A stretch of DNA of 60,838 bases, counting the filler, from Sphacelaria rigidula (Eukaryota), in NCBI GenBank assembly GCA_964200075.2. It is 7 parts of 7 records of this genome, joined end to end, with 100 filler letters (N's around TTAATTAATTAA, not from the genome) between each part and the next. Parts side by side here need not be neighbours in the genome. Positions count along the whole stretch, not along the records: positions 43,529 to 52,133 come from CAXNAA020010621.1; positions 52,234 to 60,838 come from CAXNAA020010622.1; 5 more parts are not named here. One strand, given 5' to 3'. The position numbers and the translations under genes are program-made. Every line of letters begins with the position of its first letter. Position 1 is the stretch's first letter. Under the pieces are notes generated by a model. That model was given only the letters and a program-made list of their open reading frames with translations, did not search any database and was not told the DNA's origin. Below are positions 49,698 through 60,838 of this stretch, piece after piece.

Positions 49698-50865
49698 CAC
49701 GGTTGTGTTCTGAAGGTACGGGTACGTTCTGTAGGGTATGAAATTCCTTACAGAACTTACAGAACTGTCGGGTCCCGGTATGAAAGTCTTATAGAGACTA
49801 CAGAACTGTTGGGTACCGGTATGAAAGTTTTACAGAAATTACAGAACTTGTCGGGTACGGTATGGGAGGCTTACAGGAAACCGGTACCGGCAATCGGGTA
49901 ACTCTTTTAGGGCATACCCGCCGCTCGGTTTAGGGTAGTTTTTGTGCAGAACTCACAGAAACTGTCGGGTATGGTATGGAAGTTGCACAGAAAACCGTAC
50001 CCGCAACCGGGTATCCTTTTAAGAGCATACCCGTGCCCTCCGGTGACGGTACGGGAGGTTTACAGAACTCACAGAACTATCGGGTAGGGGTATGAAGGTC
50101 TTACAGAGATTACAGAACTGTCGGGTACCGGTACGGAAATCTTCCAGACCTTACAGAACTGTCGGGTACGGTAAATACCCGGCAAATACCCCGGGTATAC
50201 AGAAAACCGTATCCTATAGAGCACGACCTTGGTATTATCATCATTACCCCTGTGGTGGCATATTCCGTCTGATCCCAAACTAAATAACTTTTCAACATTG
50301 AATTGTATTGTTGGTATGCAGTTTTGAATTAAGGAGTTAGGCGGGTTGATCGATGGGAGGTACATGTTCAGGTCATGAGGTTGTGTTTAGATTGAACCAA
50401 TATCCGTACCTCCTCGAGGTATATACCTGTGCTCATACCTGCAATCGGGTATATCTATATCGGTGTACCCTTACCCCGGGTAGGGGTATGGGGAGCTTAC
50501 GGAGCTCACAGAACTGTCGTGTACAGGTACTGGATGAAAGTCGTACAGAAGTTACAGAACTTGTCGGGAACGTTATGGGAGGCTTACAGAAAACCGGTTC
50601 CGGCAATCGGGTATTTCTCCAAGAGCATACCCGCACTCCGGGTACGGGTAAACATTCTGCACAGAACTCACGGAACTGTCGGGTGAGGGTATGAAGGTTG
50701 CACAGAAAACCGTACCCGCAATCCGGTATCTTATCAAAACCGTACCCGTGCCCCCCGGCAACGATATGGAAGTCTTACAGAGATTACAGAACTGTCAGGT
50801 ACGGTAAATACCTGGGATAATACCCCGGTTATACAGAAAACCATACCCGACAGAACACAACCTTA
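49698..50865. mobile_element. Intronic hAT-like composite element with ACAGAACT/GGGTA tandem arrays
   Basis: TIR CACGGTTGTGTTCTG / CAGAACACAACCTTA and 8-bp TSD CAACTCTC/CAACTTTC. Two internal repeat blocks (49715-50231, 50470-50865). Confidence 0.7.
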
Positions 50866-50932
50866 CAACTTTCCTCCCCCGCATTGCTTCCTCCCCTCCC
50901 CTGCGCGGCACTACGTTTCCACTGTATACCAG

Positions 50933-51430
50933 TCGTCGGCTATCTACGTGAAGCTCGACGCTCGAGCGGCTGCTCTGCGTGCAATACACGCGCTGTGCCT
51001 ATCGTGCTGGCCGAGAGTGCGCGCACACTCCGCAAAGCTTCTGTGCGCCTTGCTGTGGACATGCGGATACTGTCGGCGAAGACAAACGGAGAAGGATTTC
51101 TCGGCGTCGAAACATGGCGCCTACGCCTTCGAGAAGCCGTCGGCGACATTATTATCCGCAGACGAAGTAGTGTCGGAGTACGCAACGAGGATGGGTGCCA
51201 TGATTCTCCTGTTGAGCGGTGACACGGGGCGTTCGACTCTGAAAGAGGTCTGCGTGGTGCTGAACACGTTGCGACCTGTGGCTACGGCCATAGAACAGCT
51301 TGCGGATAGCGCTGGCGCTGATGCCTCGTCGGAAGATATGCTTGAAACCGGAGGAGACACGGCATCGAACGATGGGAGTGACAGCGCGAGACTTTCACCT
51401 CTCGGACACGAAGCTGACCCTTGTTTTTGA
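50933..51430 (+). CDS. TTI2: Terminal exon of TTI2 (…ARAAALRAIHALCLSCWPRVRAHSAKLLCALL…)
   Basis: CCAG| acceptor in phase 0, the Tti2 'WPR(I/V)..H' motif and a TGA stop. Confidence 0.8.
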   Translation, partial: SSAIYVKLDARAAALRAIHALCLSCWPRVRAHSAKLLCALLWTCGYCRRRQTEKDFSASKHGAYAFEKPSATLLSADEVVSEYATRMGAMILLLSGDTGRSTLKEVCVVLNTLRPVATAIEQLADSAGADASSEDMLETGGDTASNDGSDSARLSPLGHEADPCF

Positions 51431-54400
51431 CGTATAAAATGATTTTTTTCCTCGTGTGTCTGGGAAACTGTCGATAGCCTTGGTGTTGATGACATTGGTG
51501 TGGGTTGACTTGGGACCCCCCCCCTTGGAAAACGTGTGATGTTTCATTGTTATAGATTACCCTGTGTTCAGGGCGCTTCCAGTTCCAATTTATATTGGTG
51601 TTTGTGACGTTGCGGTCTCGGATCTCGGCGATGAAACCGGAGTGGTCTCGGCTGGGCCCATCTACTCTGAAATGAAGGTCTGCCGCACGCACCCGGGGTA
51701 TGGTGATGTGTCGTTGCACGGAGGCGTGAAGTTGTACTGAAGCATCAATCGTGTTCGTGTTATCACCGTCGCCCTACATGCGCAAGGGCCCGCAGCAAGC
51801 CGGCGCTGAGACGCGAGCCGTTTCTCGGCAAATTCCCGCTAGGTCGTCCCACACCAGTCCCAGCCACTACCATTCCTTTTTTGAATGACACGTACACGAC
51901 TTCCTTCCCGATATGCCATAGACTAAAAGTTGCAAACTGCTGTTTGTCGGGCAGACAGGAGTCAGTGTCAAGCGTCAAGCAGCTGCACGCTGAGCCGAGG
52001 GGCCCCATATCGGGAAATGACGGCGCCACGACCCCCCAGGTCGCCCAAACCTCATTCTGGGGCCGTAGGGGGGGAGGGTGTACTCATGATCATGCATGCC
52101 ATAGTCATCAGACCATTGACCTCGCATCCCTATNNNNNNNNNNNNNNNNNNNNNNNNNNNNNNNNNNNNNNNNNNNNTTAATTAATTAANNNNNNNNNNN
52201 NNNNNNNNNNNNNNNNNNNNNNNNNNNNNNNNNCACTTCAACCCCATATTTTGTATCAACCCCATTTTCTAGGATTCACTGTTTCAAGCTATTCAAAACA
52301 TATCAATTTACAGATTTTGTATCAAAATAATTTGGGATAATGAAAAACATTGGAATTCTCAAAGAAAAACAAGGATTTGTGCAGGGCTTTGCCGACAAGC
52401 CCACACAGGGCCGCAAATTCAACCCTGGGGAAAACACAACCACAACGCTTTGACAGGTACAGATTTGCCTTTTCACTCTCAGGGGTTTTGACAAAGACTG
52501 GGGAGGACCCTGTACGGACCCTGCACAGTGCACCCCACAGGGTGCTATCTGTCCACGTGTGAGGTCAGCAGAGTCACAATGTTTCGACCAGCTGCCTGCA
52601 CATACTGAAAATAATATGTAAACCATGCGATTTACACCAACGTACATCTTCGACCAAACGCTATGTTTTGGCACCAATGTCACGATATTTGCTTCGGTGG
52701 CGGTCCGCCATGTGCTGCTCTGTTCTGTGGGGATGTGTACAAAAGACAACCTCACGTATCATGAGCGAATGTCCTTTCACCCCTTAGCTTGTAGAGGATG
52801 AGTTCACCGATGAAACGCAGCCGTCTTGTGACAGACGTTTTCGAGACAGAACCCAAGGGATGCGCGACGCTGCTGCTCATGGTATCCAAATTTCCGTACT
52901 TTCTCGTTCTAGCACAATGTGTCAGGCACGCCTTTCACTGCAGATGCGTTGGTGTGTGGCGGTCACAACTGCTGCTGTTCGTGTTCCTGTCTGGTTATCT
53001 TCGCAATGGTGGTAAACGTGGGGTGGAAGCTCGGGGGTGTGCGCTTCCCGAGTGGCAGCTGAACACTAGTGTACCAAGAGTTTCCACCCACTGATCTGGA
53101 GCGAGTTATCCGGAAGAACAATATCATCTCAATACCGAGCACTCACAGGCTTGAATATATGTACCATGTTTATAGTACATCTTATGTGAGCCAGGTCGTT
53201 GTTTCTAGGTGACGCATGTATTTTTGATGGATATGATTCGCCTGATTACGACCCACTCCTTACACATGTAGCGTTCGTGATCCATTTTCCCGAAATATAG
53301 CACCCCAAATCGGGCCCCATTCCCACCCATAACAGTGTCTATAGCGCACATACAATATACCCCACCATAAAGCATGGGCATGGTAATGGCAGAAAAAACG
53401 GTCGAGATGCGGCAGTGGTATGTATCGAACTCACGTGAACCCGGCGAGTTGAACATCAAGCTACCCGATTTGATGTTGACGAACGGCACCCTTTCGTACT
53501 TTCGTAAATATCAAGCAAAACCTCCATAAACAAAAGCATAATTGAATGAGTGATTTTTTCTGAACATGATTTGGTTTGTCTTATTGGTAGGCACACGACC
53601 ACGGAGTTTTTATGAACTATGTCCATTGATATGCGAGGTATACACCATCATTCCAGCATCCGTGCCTGAAGCCAAAGCGTCGTACCTAAGCTCAGGTGTG
53701 TGGACATACAATCGTAAGCAGTGTTTGAGATTCGTATTCAGCAAAAGTTACTGAGAATTTATCCCGTGGCCCTATTGATATATAACTTGGGGGGCAAGAG
53801 GATGAATTATATTCAACAATCTTTGCCGCATCTCGAATCCCCTCCGCTGATTATGGCGCAGTGTGCGGAACTTGCACAGTTGAGGCTATTCGCAATAAGT
53901 TATCTTTTTGTCCAATTTTTTTCCTGATGAATCAGCGGGCAAAGTGAGGGTTCATTTCGAGTTTTTTCTCCTGTATATATTCCAAATCTACCGGTGTGTA
54001 TCGGATTTGTGGAGCAGATGGAGCTGTTCAAAATGAATCATTTTTTTGTCCAATTCAATTTGAATTGGGCAAAAAATTGATTTAGTTTGAACAGCTTGAT
54101 CTGCTCCACAAATCCCGTACATGTGTATGGGACTTGTGTAGCAGATGAAGCTGTTCAAGATACTGTAGATCATTTTTTTGCCCAATTTTATTGAGCCAAA
54201 AAAGGATTTATTTCGAATAGCTCCTTCTGCTGTCCGAAATAATGTCTCTTTTTGCCCGATTGCTCAATTTGAAATCGGGCAAAAAGAGGCATTATTTCGG
54301 ACAGCTTCTCTATAAAAACAACTTTATAGATTTTGTCACAAAATAATTGGGAATTTTCAAAGTGGGAGTGCCTCTTCACAGGGTTGGTTACAGGGCTTGA

Positions 54401-54614
54401 GAAAAACGCTACACAAAATAGTAGAGGTACGAGGGTTTGCAAATGCTGTACCGGGGTTTTCACAAAGACTGCGAAGAACCCTGTGCAGCACGTCCTACAG
54501 GTTGCTATCTGTCCACGTGTGTAGTAGTTGGCACAGGCGCTGCAGGGAGATCAAAAGCCAGAGTAAGTTCGAGCAGCGGCATTTGCCATGACTAAAGTCA
54601 CAACAACAGTTATA

Positions 54615-55208
54615 CTTCCTCTGTCCCATAAGCCTGGTCGGTTAGGTTTAAGCGAGCCCTTAACGTTGTCCGATTTGATTTTCGATGTTTTTTTTCGACT
54701 TCTTCGCAGTTTCTTTAGGTAGAACAACATTGTTTTTGCAGCACGCTGTTGAACCATGCAGCCGAACGGCCGCAAAAAAATCAGTCGGCCGAAAAGTGGC
54801 CGTATTTCGCCCCTTTCCCGGGGGAAAAAAAGTGTTGGAAAAGAAACGTTTATGTTAACCGTCCTCGGCCTCAGCCAGGAAGTCCCAAGCCCTTTTAAAG
54901 GCATCCGCATCGTATTTGGCCACCCTTTCCAACGTCCCCGCCCTCTGCCGTACCCCCATCCCGGTATGCCCTACACTAAAGTCATCATCGCCCATCTTTC
55001 GGAGTGTTTGGTCACAAATATTCTCAACAATGGCCAAAATGGGATGTATTCTGACCTAATTTTAGTATTGAAAACGAACTTCATTTTTTTTATCCGCTGC
55101 GTCTGTGTTTTATCTTTCTATAGTACCCAACTATAGAGTAATCGTCAAAACCGTTCCACTCCAACAAAAAAACGCCCGTAACCGACAAGACTTATGGGAC
55201 AGAGGAAG
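54615..55208. mobile_element. 594-bp Stowaway-like MITE
   Basis: TA|CTTCCTCTGTCCCATAAG ... CTTATGGGACAGAGGAAG|TA. Confidence 0.88.
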
Positions 55209-55316
55209 TAGTTACAGAGACGCCAGTCATATGTATAAATCCTCCGCACATCCTACGATTCCACATCATGTAGATAGTACAATACAGTGTGGTGGTGCAG
55301 TCTTGCTCAGTATTGA

Positions 55317-55735
55317 CAGTAGATTTTCAAAAATGGGGCTGAAAAAAGAATGAGGTTCAACTCAAAAGCCGTGCTTTCCCTGACCTAAATTCATGAGAAA
55401 TGACTTCCGTACGGACGAGCTCATCCCTCCCGACCCCCCGTAAATTATTTCGGAGATTTCTAGCCTTCCGTTCCCCCACAGGGTATCTACGATAGCACGA
55501 TTTTTGAGCCAAAAAACTTCCTTTTTCCACCCCGAAATCGAGGCAAAATTGTGCTTTCGCACATACCCTTTGGGGGAACGGAAGGCTACGAACCCCCCGA
55601 AATAGGTTTTGGGAGATCGGGAAGGATGATGTCGTCCGTATGAAAGTCGTTTCTCATGAATTTAGGTCAGTGAAAGCACGGCTTTTGAGTTGAACCTCAT
55701 TTGTTTTTCGACCCTATTTTCGAAAATCCACTGTT
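55317..55735. mobile_element. Fold-back element (~190-bp arms, ~30-nt loop)
   Basis: ACAGTAGATTTTC...AATGAGGTTCAACTCAAAAGCCGTGCTTTC pairs with its reverse complement at 55660-55735. A similar end lies at 52255-52285. Confidence 0.8.
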
Positions 55736-56270
55736 CATTTCTGCAACCTTGACACTCACTACAGCGAGCAAGTCTACACACGACTCGAGTCAGAGCCCAT
55801 AGCATATCGTGAGGACCACCGGCGTCCTCATACCCACCAACACTGTTAGACCGGTGCAATGCATAGGCGTCTGTGTTGCCCTCTGTGTACCCGTGTCTAC
55901 CGGCTCTCACATTTTCGGCGCCAGGCTCGCCAGCTACCGGAAGTGCTGTTTCCTGCTTGATCGTTCATGTACACAGTTATGCACACAATCTCAACCAATC
56001 GTGTCGCACTCAGAGCGGTGCAGTCCCTGCATTCATCTACTGCAGCACAGGACTGCAGCGAAGCCAGCATCTCCTCCGGGTCTTTTGGTCGGCGGAGAAC
56101 AGTTTCACGACGTCTCTCTGACTGTATTCCAATTTTCAAATTAATTGTTGTGGCAGGCTATTCCATATTCGGCATTGGGTTTCTGTGACAGAAAAATGTC
56201 GAGTTTTTTTCGGAATACTTTAAAAAAACAAGCAGAACGTTTCGAATAGCTGCTCAAAACGTGACACCGT

Positions 56271-56725
56271 TATATGGAATACAGGGTACTACGCTGATCA
56301 CAACACAATTCTGTAGTAGTAATATGGAGTACAGAGTACTACACTAAATAACACAACACAGCACAGCTTCTGCAGTGTTTTTGAGAACCTGAACACGAAC
56401 TTTATATAGTATGCATCAGCTGCTTTCTCTTGTTGCAACGATGGTATATGGAGTACAGGGTACTACACTGAACACAACACAATTCTGCAGTAGTATATGG
56501 AGTACAGAGTACTACACTGAATAACACAACACAGCACAGCTTCTGCAGTGTTTTCTAGAACCTGAACACGGACTGTATATAGTATGTATCAGCTACTTTC
56601 TCTTGTTGCAACGGTGGTATATGGAGTACAGGGTACTACAATGAACACAACACAATTCTGCAGTGTTGTTTAGAAGCTGAACACGGACTGTATACGGTAT
56701 GCATTAGCTGCTTTCTCTTGTTGCA
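56271..56725. repeat. ~174-bp tandem repeat (about 2.6 copies) within a dispersed repeat
   Basis: TATATGGA(A/G)TACAGGGTACT at 56271, 56445 and 56618. The upstream part (56125-56330) is homologous to 36850-37075. Confidence 0.85.
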
Positions 56726-57824
56726 GTAGCCACGCGTGGAAGACACACTCCACGTGCACAGCTCCTCCAGAGAGATGCGCACAGCTATATCTCCCAGAAC
56801 TTCGCCGAGTAAGCAAGCATAGACCCATCGGCGGCTAGTACGTACCCAGCGCTGTCCAGCACGGTGGCTATCACTCGCAAGGTGCGTCGGTGTTGTCTCA
56901 CGGTCGAAACGCGGACCGTCTACGATCAAGAGCAGCAGCAGCAGCAGCAGCATCGGCACCGGCACCGGCTGATTCAGACCCACCCCCAGCCGCGTACATT
57001 TACTGTCAATAAGCATGCTGCTGATACTGCTGATGCTGCTGCTGCTGCTGCTGCTTCTCGTGCGGGAGGCGTTCCGCGCTTCGTCGTGTGACATTACCCA
57101 TGCATCCGGCACGTTACGTTATATGCCGCTGATACTGCGGCATGCTTATTCTTACAAAAACAATTAGGTGATCGGAATTTCCCCCTGTTTTTTATATCGC
57201 TTGACCGTTTCCCTCTCACTCTTACACTTACATGGTGTGTTGGCTATTTCGTCTCGAGTCAAACAACACAAGGCGCTTTCCACACTCATCATTTCTATGC
57301 TATAGGTGTCGCTGTGCTGTTGTGGATCTAAATACTCTACGACGATCACGGTGCGATGTGCGCTGGAGAGTGCCTGAACAGCTGCAGTGCTAGAAAAGCA
57401 GTTATACCTAGATCGAAGCCCAGATCTGTGCACAGGTAAACCATGCGGCAGTTCAAAAAGTTGATGTTAGTCCAATATCTCTGTGGTGCTGCGAACAAGA
57501 CGCGACGAGGTAGCACAGCGCCGATACACCAAGCCACGAAAACCGACGCAGAGACAACCACCACTCACGCGCATTGTTTAAGCGCTAGCTCATCATCCAC
57601 ACAAAACAGCCGTTGTTTGACGGGAATACGTCCAGTATTGGATGAGAGGCGGTCCCGTGCGTGTCAAATAGCAACCGAAAAGTGCCGTTGCTGACTGTTT
57701 TTATGAGTGTATGCCGTTCTTGCTCTTCTTCATTGAGGGCGGCTGTCTGTTCTGTCTCTTTTCCATTCCATTCCAATGTAGAAAAATATGAGAAAATTGG
57801 AGGCACGAAGCGAAGCAGAGCAAT

Positions 57825-58500
57825 CCATGAAAATAACTTGCGCATTCGACAGATCGTGCAGTGCACGCCCACGTTTCGAGCATCCTCGACGCGGCAGCGG
57901 TACTTCTCGTGAGCTTGCAGAAAGCTCAGTGAATCCTCTTGAAGCAAAATGTTCCCGCTCAGTCTCGGCGGATTACGTTTGTGTGTCACGAGATTCAACT
58001 GCAAGTGATGAACTCGGCTCACAGATCGCTGTTCACTCGAGCAGCATCTCCATGGCCTCCATTTAAGTTTCCGTTGCCTTTCATCACTGCTTGTTGTCGC
58101 CTACCTCTGACTCCGCCAAGCCTGAACATGTTCACTTGCCGTCATCCCCGCCGAGATTCGATTCGGAAAAAAAAAAACTACGGTCCCTGGATATTCAGTA
58201 ATTTGATCACACTGTGACGTCTGAGGATCGATATTGCTTTGAGGGCTACATATGATAAAGCTTGGAGGCGTTGCAGGATATACGCTGTGCGGATCTGCTC
58301 GTAGACCCTGGATTCCGTGACGCGTTGTTATCGCGTTTGCTATTGCCATTAGTTGGGATTGTTCCGGCTTCGTCACAGGGCGTGGATCCATCTCAATCAG
58401 TCACCGGCTTGCCTTGGTCTCTACCCTGGGCCATCACTACGCTCTGCTCCTATGGCTGCGCCCCGGCTATACTGAGTAAGAGAGGCTTGTAGATATAACA
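57825..58500 (-). mobile_element. 5' remnant of a Gypsy-like element: candidate LTR (58213-58500) plus gag N-terminus
   Basis: Minus-strand TG...CA segment followed by GTGTGATCAAA (degenerate iMet PBS?). NPPRLSG...SLSFLQAHEKY resembles the gag start at 40910. Confidence 0.45.
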
Positions 58501-59079
58501 TGACGCTATGAAACACGTGAGTTCCTAATCAACAGTCTGCACATGGATGAGCCTACTGTGTGATTGTTCTTGGTGGATAGCTATAGGTCGTACGCTGTGC
58601 CCACGTGGGACCTTGGGTTAGCTGGACCCAATGGCATCTCCTGGTACTCGTACTGAGAGATTTCAGCCAGTGCATTAGCTATCCTACCATGATAGCATCA
58701 ACCCTGTGCGTCTCATACAGGCCCACATGCTCGCTGCACACAAAGAATATCCTTTGAAGGGTAGGTCGAGTAGAGTATACTCAATACTCAGTATTTTTTA
58801 AGAGTCATACTTTTAGTACTCGGAGTTTGAGTAGAGTTTCTGAGGTCGTACTTAACCTACTCAATGAGTCGAGGAGAGAATTTGAGATCATACGCAGTCT
58901 ACTCGAAATATGAGTAGAGTATTGAGGCCATATACTCAAGTGATACTCTATACCAAGTATTACTGAGAGTGCTTACTCAAAATTCGAGTAGAGTACTTGA
59001 GGCCGTACTCGATCCACTCAAACTCTGAGTGGAGTACTTGAGACCATACTCAACCTACTCAAAATTTGAGTAGAGTATT

Positions 59080-59337
59080 GAGTGATGCTGCGATAGGGTC
59101 AGCACTTTTACGGCCTGAGATTAAAATTGTTAGGAACCCTTCATCTCATCCAAAACACTACTTTTGAGATAGGTGAGAGTATGCCAGGGTTTTTCTTCCA
59201 ATTTGCTAGGGATATCCCGAATGAATTTGCAAACGGGGATATCCTCGCCTATATTCTTGAGTAGTTCCTAATTTTAGGAAGCCCTGAATCAGGTCGGTTT
59301 TGGCCCCAAAAGTGCAGACCCTATCGCAGCATTACTC
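59080..59337. mobile_element. 258-bp Sola-like MITE nested in the 41-bp array (TSD TATT)
   Basis: GAGTGATGCTGCGATAGGGTC...GACCCTATCGCAGCATTACTC. Removing the element and one TATT restores the host unit GAGTAGAGTATTTGAGA. Confidence 0.85.
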
Positions 59338-59764
59338 TATTTGAGATCGTAATCGACCTCCTCAACATTTGAGTAGAGTACTGGAGGTCGTACTCAACGT
59401 ACTCAAAATTTGAGTAGCGTATTTGAGGTCGTACTCAACGTACTCAAAATTTCAGTAGGGTATCTGAGGCCGGGTCCGATGTACCGAGAATCTATAACTT
59501 CAACGCCTTCCTTCCTCTGGCGACTGTTGCGATGTTCCCCCATCTTGCACTGTTTCCACCTCTGACTCTCCCATGGAAGAGTCACATATGTGGCCAGTAG
59601 AGTCGCTCATTTTCATACTACCTACTCGACTACTCTTCCATTTGATTAGTCGATGATGATGAGTAGCGCTCTGTTGTACCGAAAGTGATATCGAAGGCGT
59701 TGCGAGGTATCGAGTATGAACTGCCGTGGGTGGGGACTGGTGAGATGGGGCGCTGGGGCAGGTA

Positions 59765-60093
59765 CACACGCGACCATTTGGCTGCACCCCAGAATGTCTC
59801 CAGAGGGATGTGCGGTCCTTCAGGGGGAAAACAAGCCTCCGGAGGCCTTCCATCCCTGTAGAGGAGACCAAACTCTACAGACCCGGAGGGCCGCGCACTC
59901 CTTCGGAGGAATTTGGGGTTACGCGCGGTCCTCCGGAGGCAAGAATAAGCCTCCGGACGCGTTCAACCCCTCTGGAAGGAACCAACAAATTTTCTCTGGA
60001 GGGCCTCGCACCCCTCCGGAGGCGTTTACTCTGGAGGCTCGAAAAGTGTACCCACCCGGAGGAAGTTTGGAGGTAGCCAAATGGCCGCGTGTG
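59765..60093. mobile_element. 329-bp TA-flanked MITE with internal CCTCCGGAGG palindromes
   Basis: TA|CACACGCGACCATTTGGCT ... AGCCAAATGGCCGCGTGTG|TA. Confidence 0.8.
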
Positions 60094-60838
60094 TAGGTTC
60101 GTTCACGTGCACGCTTTTTTCATATTTTTTAGGGTCATCATTCGCTCATACTTCTTGTTGGTATACGCCGCCCATCTGATTGATGGCCGTCGTTCGTCCA
60201 TGCATTTAACATAGTCTGTGAAATGACGTCGCGACGTCGCCGACTGTCAGGGGTACTCAGCATACCCAAGGGTTACTCTATACTCAAGTACTACTGAGAG
60301 TGCTACTCGATATTCGAGTAGAGTACTTGAGGTGGTACTCGATCTACTCAGAAGTTTAGTAGAGTATTTGAGACGATACTCAACCTGCTCAAAATTTGAA
60401 TGGAGTATTTGAGGCCGTACTCGATCAACTCAAAAAATGAGTATTTGAGACTATACTCAACCTACTCAAACACCGAGTAGAGTATTTGAGCCCGTACTCG
60501 ACGTACTCAAACACCGAGTAGAGTATTGAAGTCATGCTCAAGTGATACTCTGTACTCGAATTTTACTGAGAGTGCTTACTCAATATTTGAGTAAAGTATG
60601 TGAGGTCGTACTCGACGTACTCAAAATTTTATTCGAGCATTTGAGGCCGTACTCGACGTACTCAAAATTTGAGTAGAGTATTTGAGACCATACTCAACCT
60701 ACTCAAACACCGAGTAGAGTAAATACTTGAGTGTTTTACTCGAGTATTCAAAAGAATATACTCTACTCTACCTACCTATTGTGACGCTAGCAGGTCTGCT
60801 AGTACTGCAGCGTCTGAATGCTGTTGAGGGACTCCCCA

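Larger units (their letters stand above)
58758..60778. mobile_element. Composite TIR element with ~41-bp palindromic TACTCAAAATTTGAGTA arrays and nested MITEs
   Basis: Termini GGTAGGT(C/A)GAGTAGAGTATA are inverted. Arrays lie at ~58770-59470 and ~60250-60770. Confidence 0.6.

Noticed and set aside
49715-50860. CRISPR-like or regulatory array in the TTI2 intron
   Set aside because: Spacing is irregular, the inter-repeat sequence is itself repeated, and the block is bounded by TIRs and an 8-bp TSD.
58770-60770. CRISPR-like palindromic ~41-bp repeats
   Set aside because: The units are tandem and degenerate with no unique spacers, there are no cas genes, and the context is eukaryotic TE sequence.

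Overview
This is eukaryotic, repeat-rich DNA, most likely from a brown alga (Phaeophyceae/stramenopile). That is inferred from long GT-AG introns, a signal-peptide plus 'AF' plastid-targeting leader and 5S rRNA-like fragments. It is not one locus. Seven unrelated contigs of 8605-8606 bp (1-8606, 8707-17312, 17413-26018, 26119-34723, 34824-43428, 43529-52133, 52234-60838) are joined by artificial 100-bp N44-TTAATTAATTAA-N44 linkers. Host genes, reconstructed by hand from splice sites and phases, are: a three-exon (partial) acidic low-complexity gene; five exons of RBBP5/Swd1 (COMPASS WD40 subunit), mostly invisible in the ORF track; a TTI2-family gene with a long N-terminal extension; and the first exon of a plastid-targeted, probably CYP74-clan P450. 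The remainder is mostly transposon debris: Gypsy and gag-like remnants, hAT, piggyBac-like, Tc1/Stowaway-like and Sola-like MITEs, a tRNA-SINE and LINE tails. The most unusual observations are an ~810-bp intronic fold-back starting just after a splice donor, an inverted pair of 5S-rRNA-derived fragments, and a ~52-bp hairpin module shared by MITEs of different superfamilies. No CRISPR array or prokaryotic system is supported. All assignments are by eye; no searches were run.
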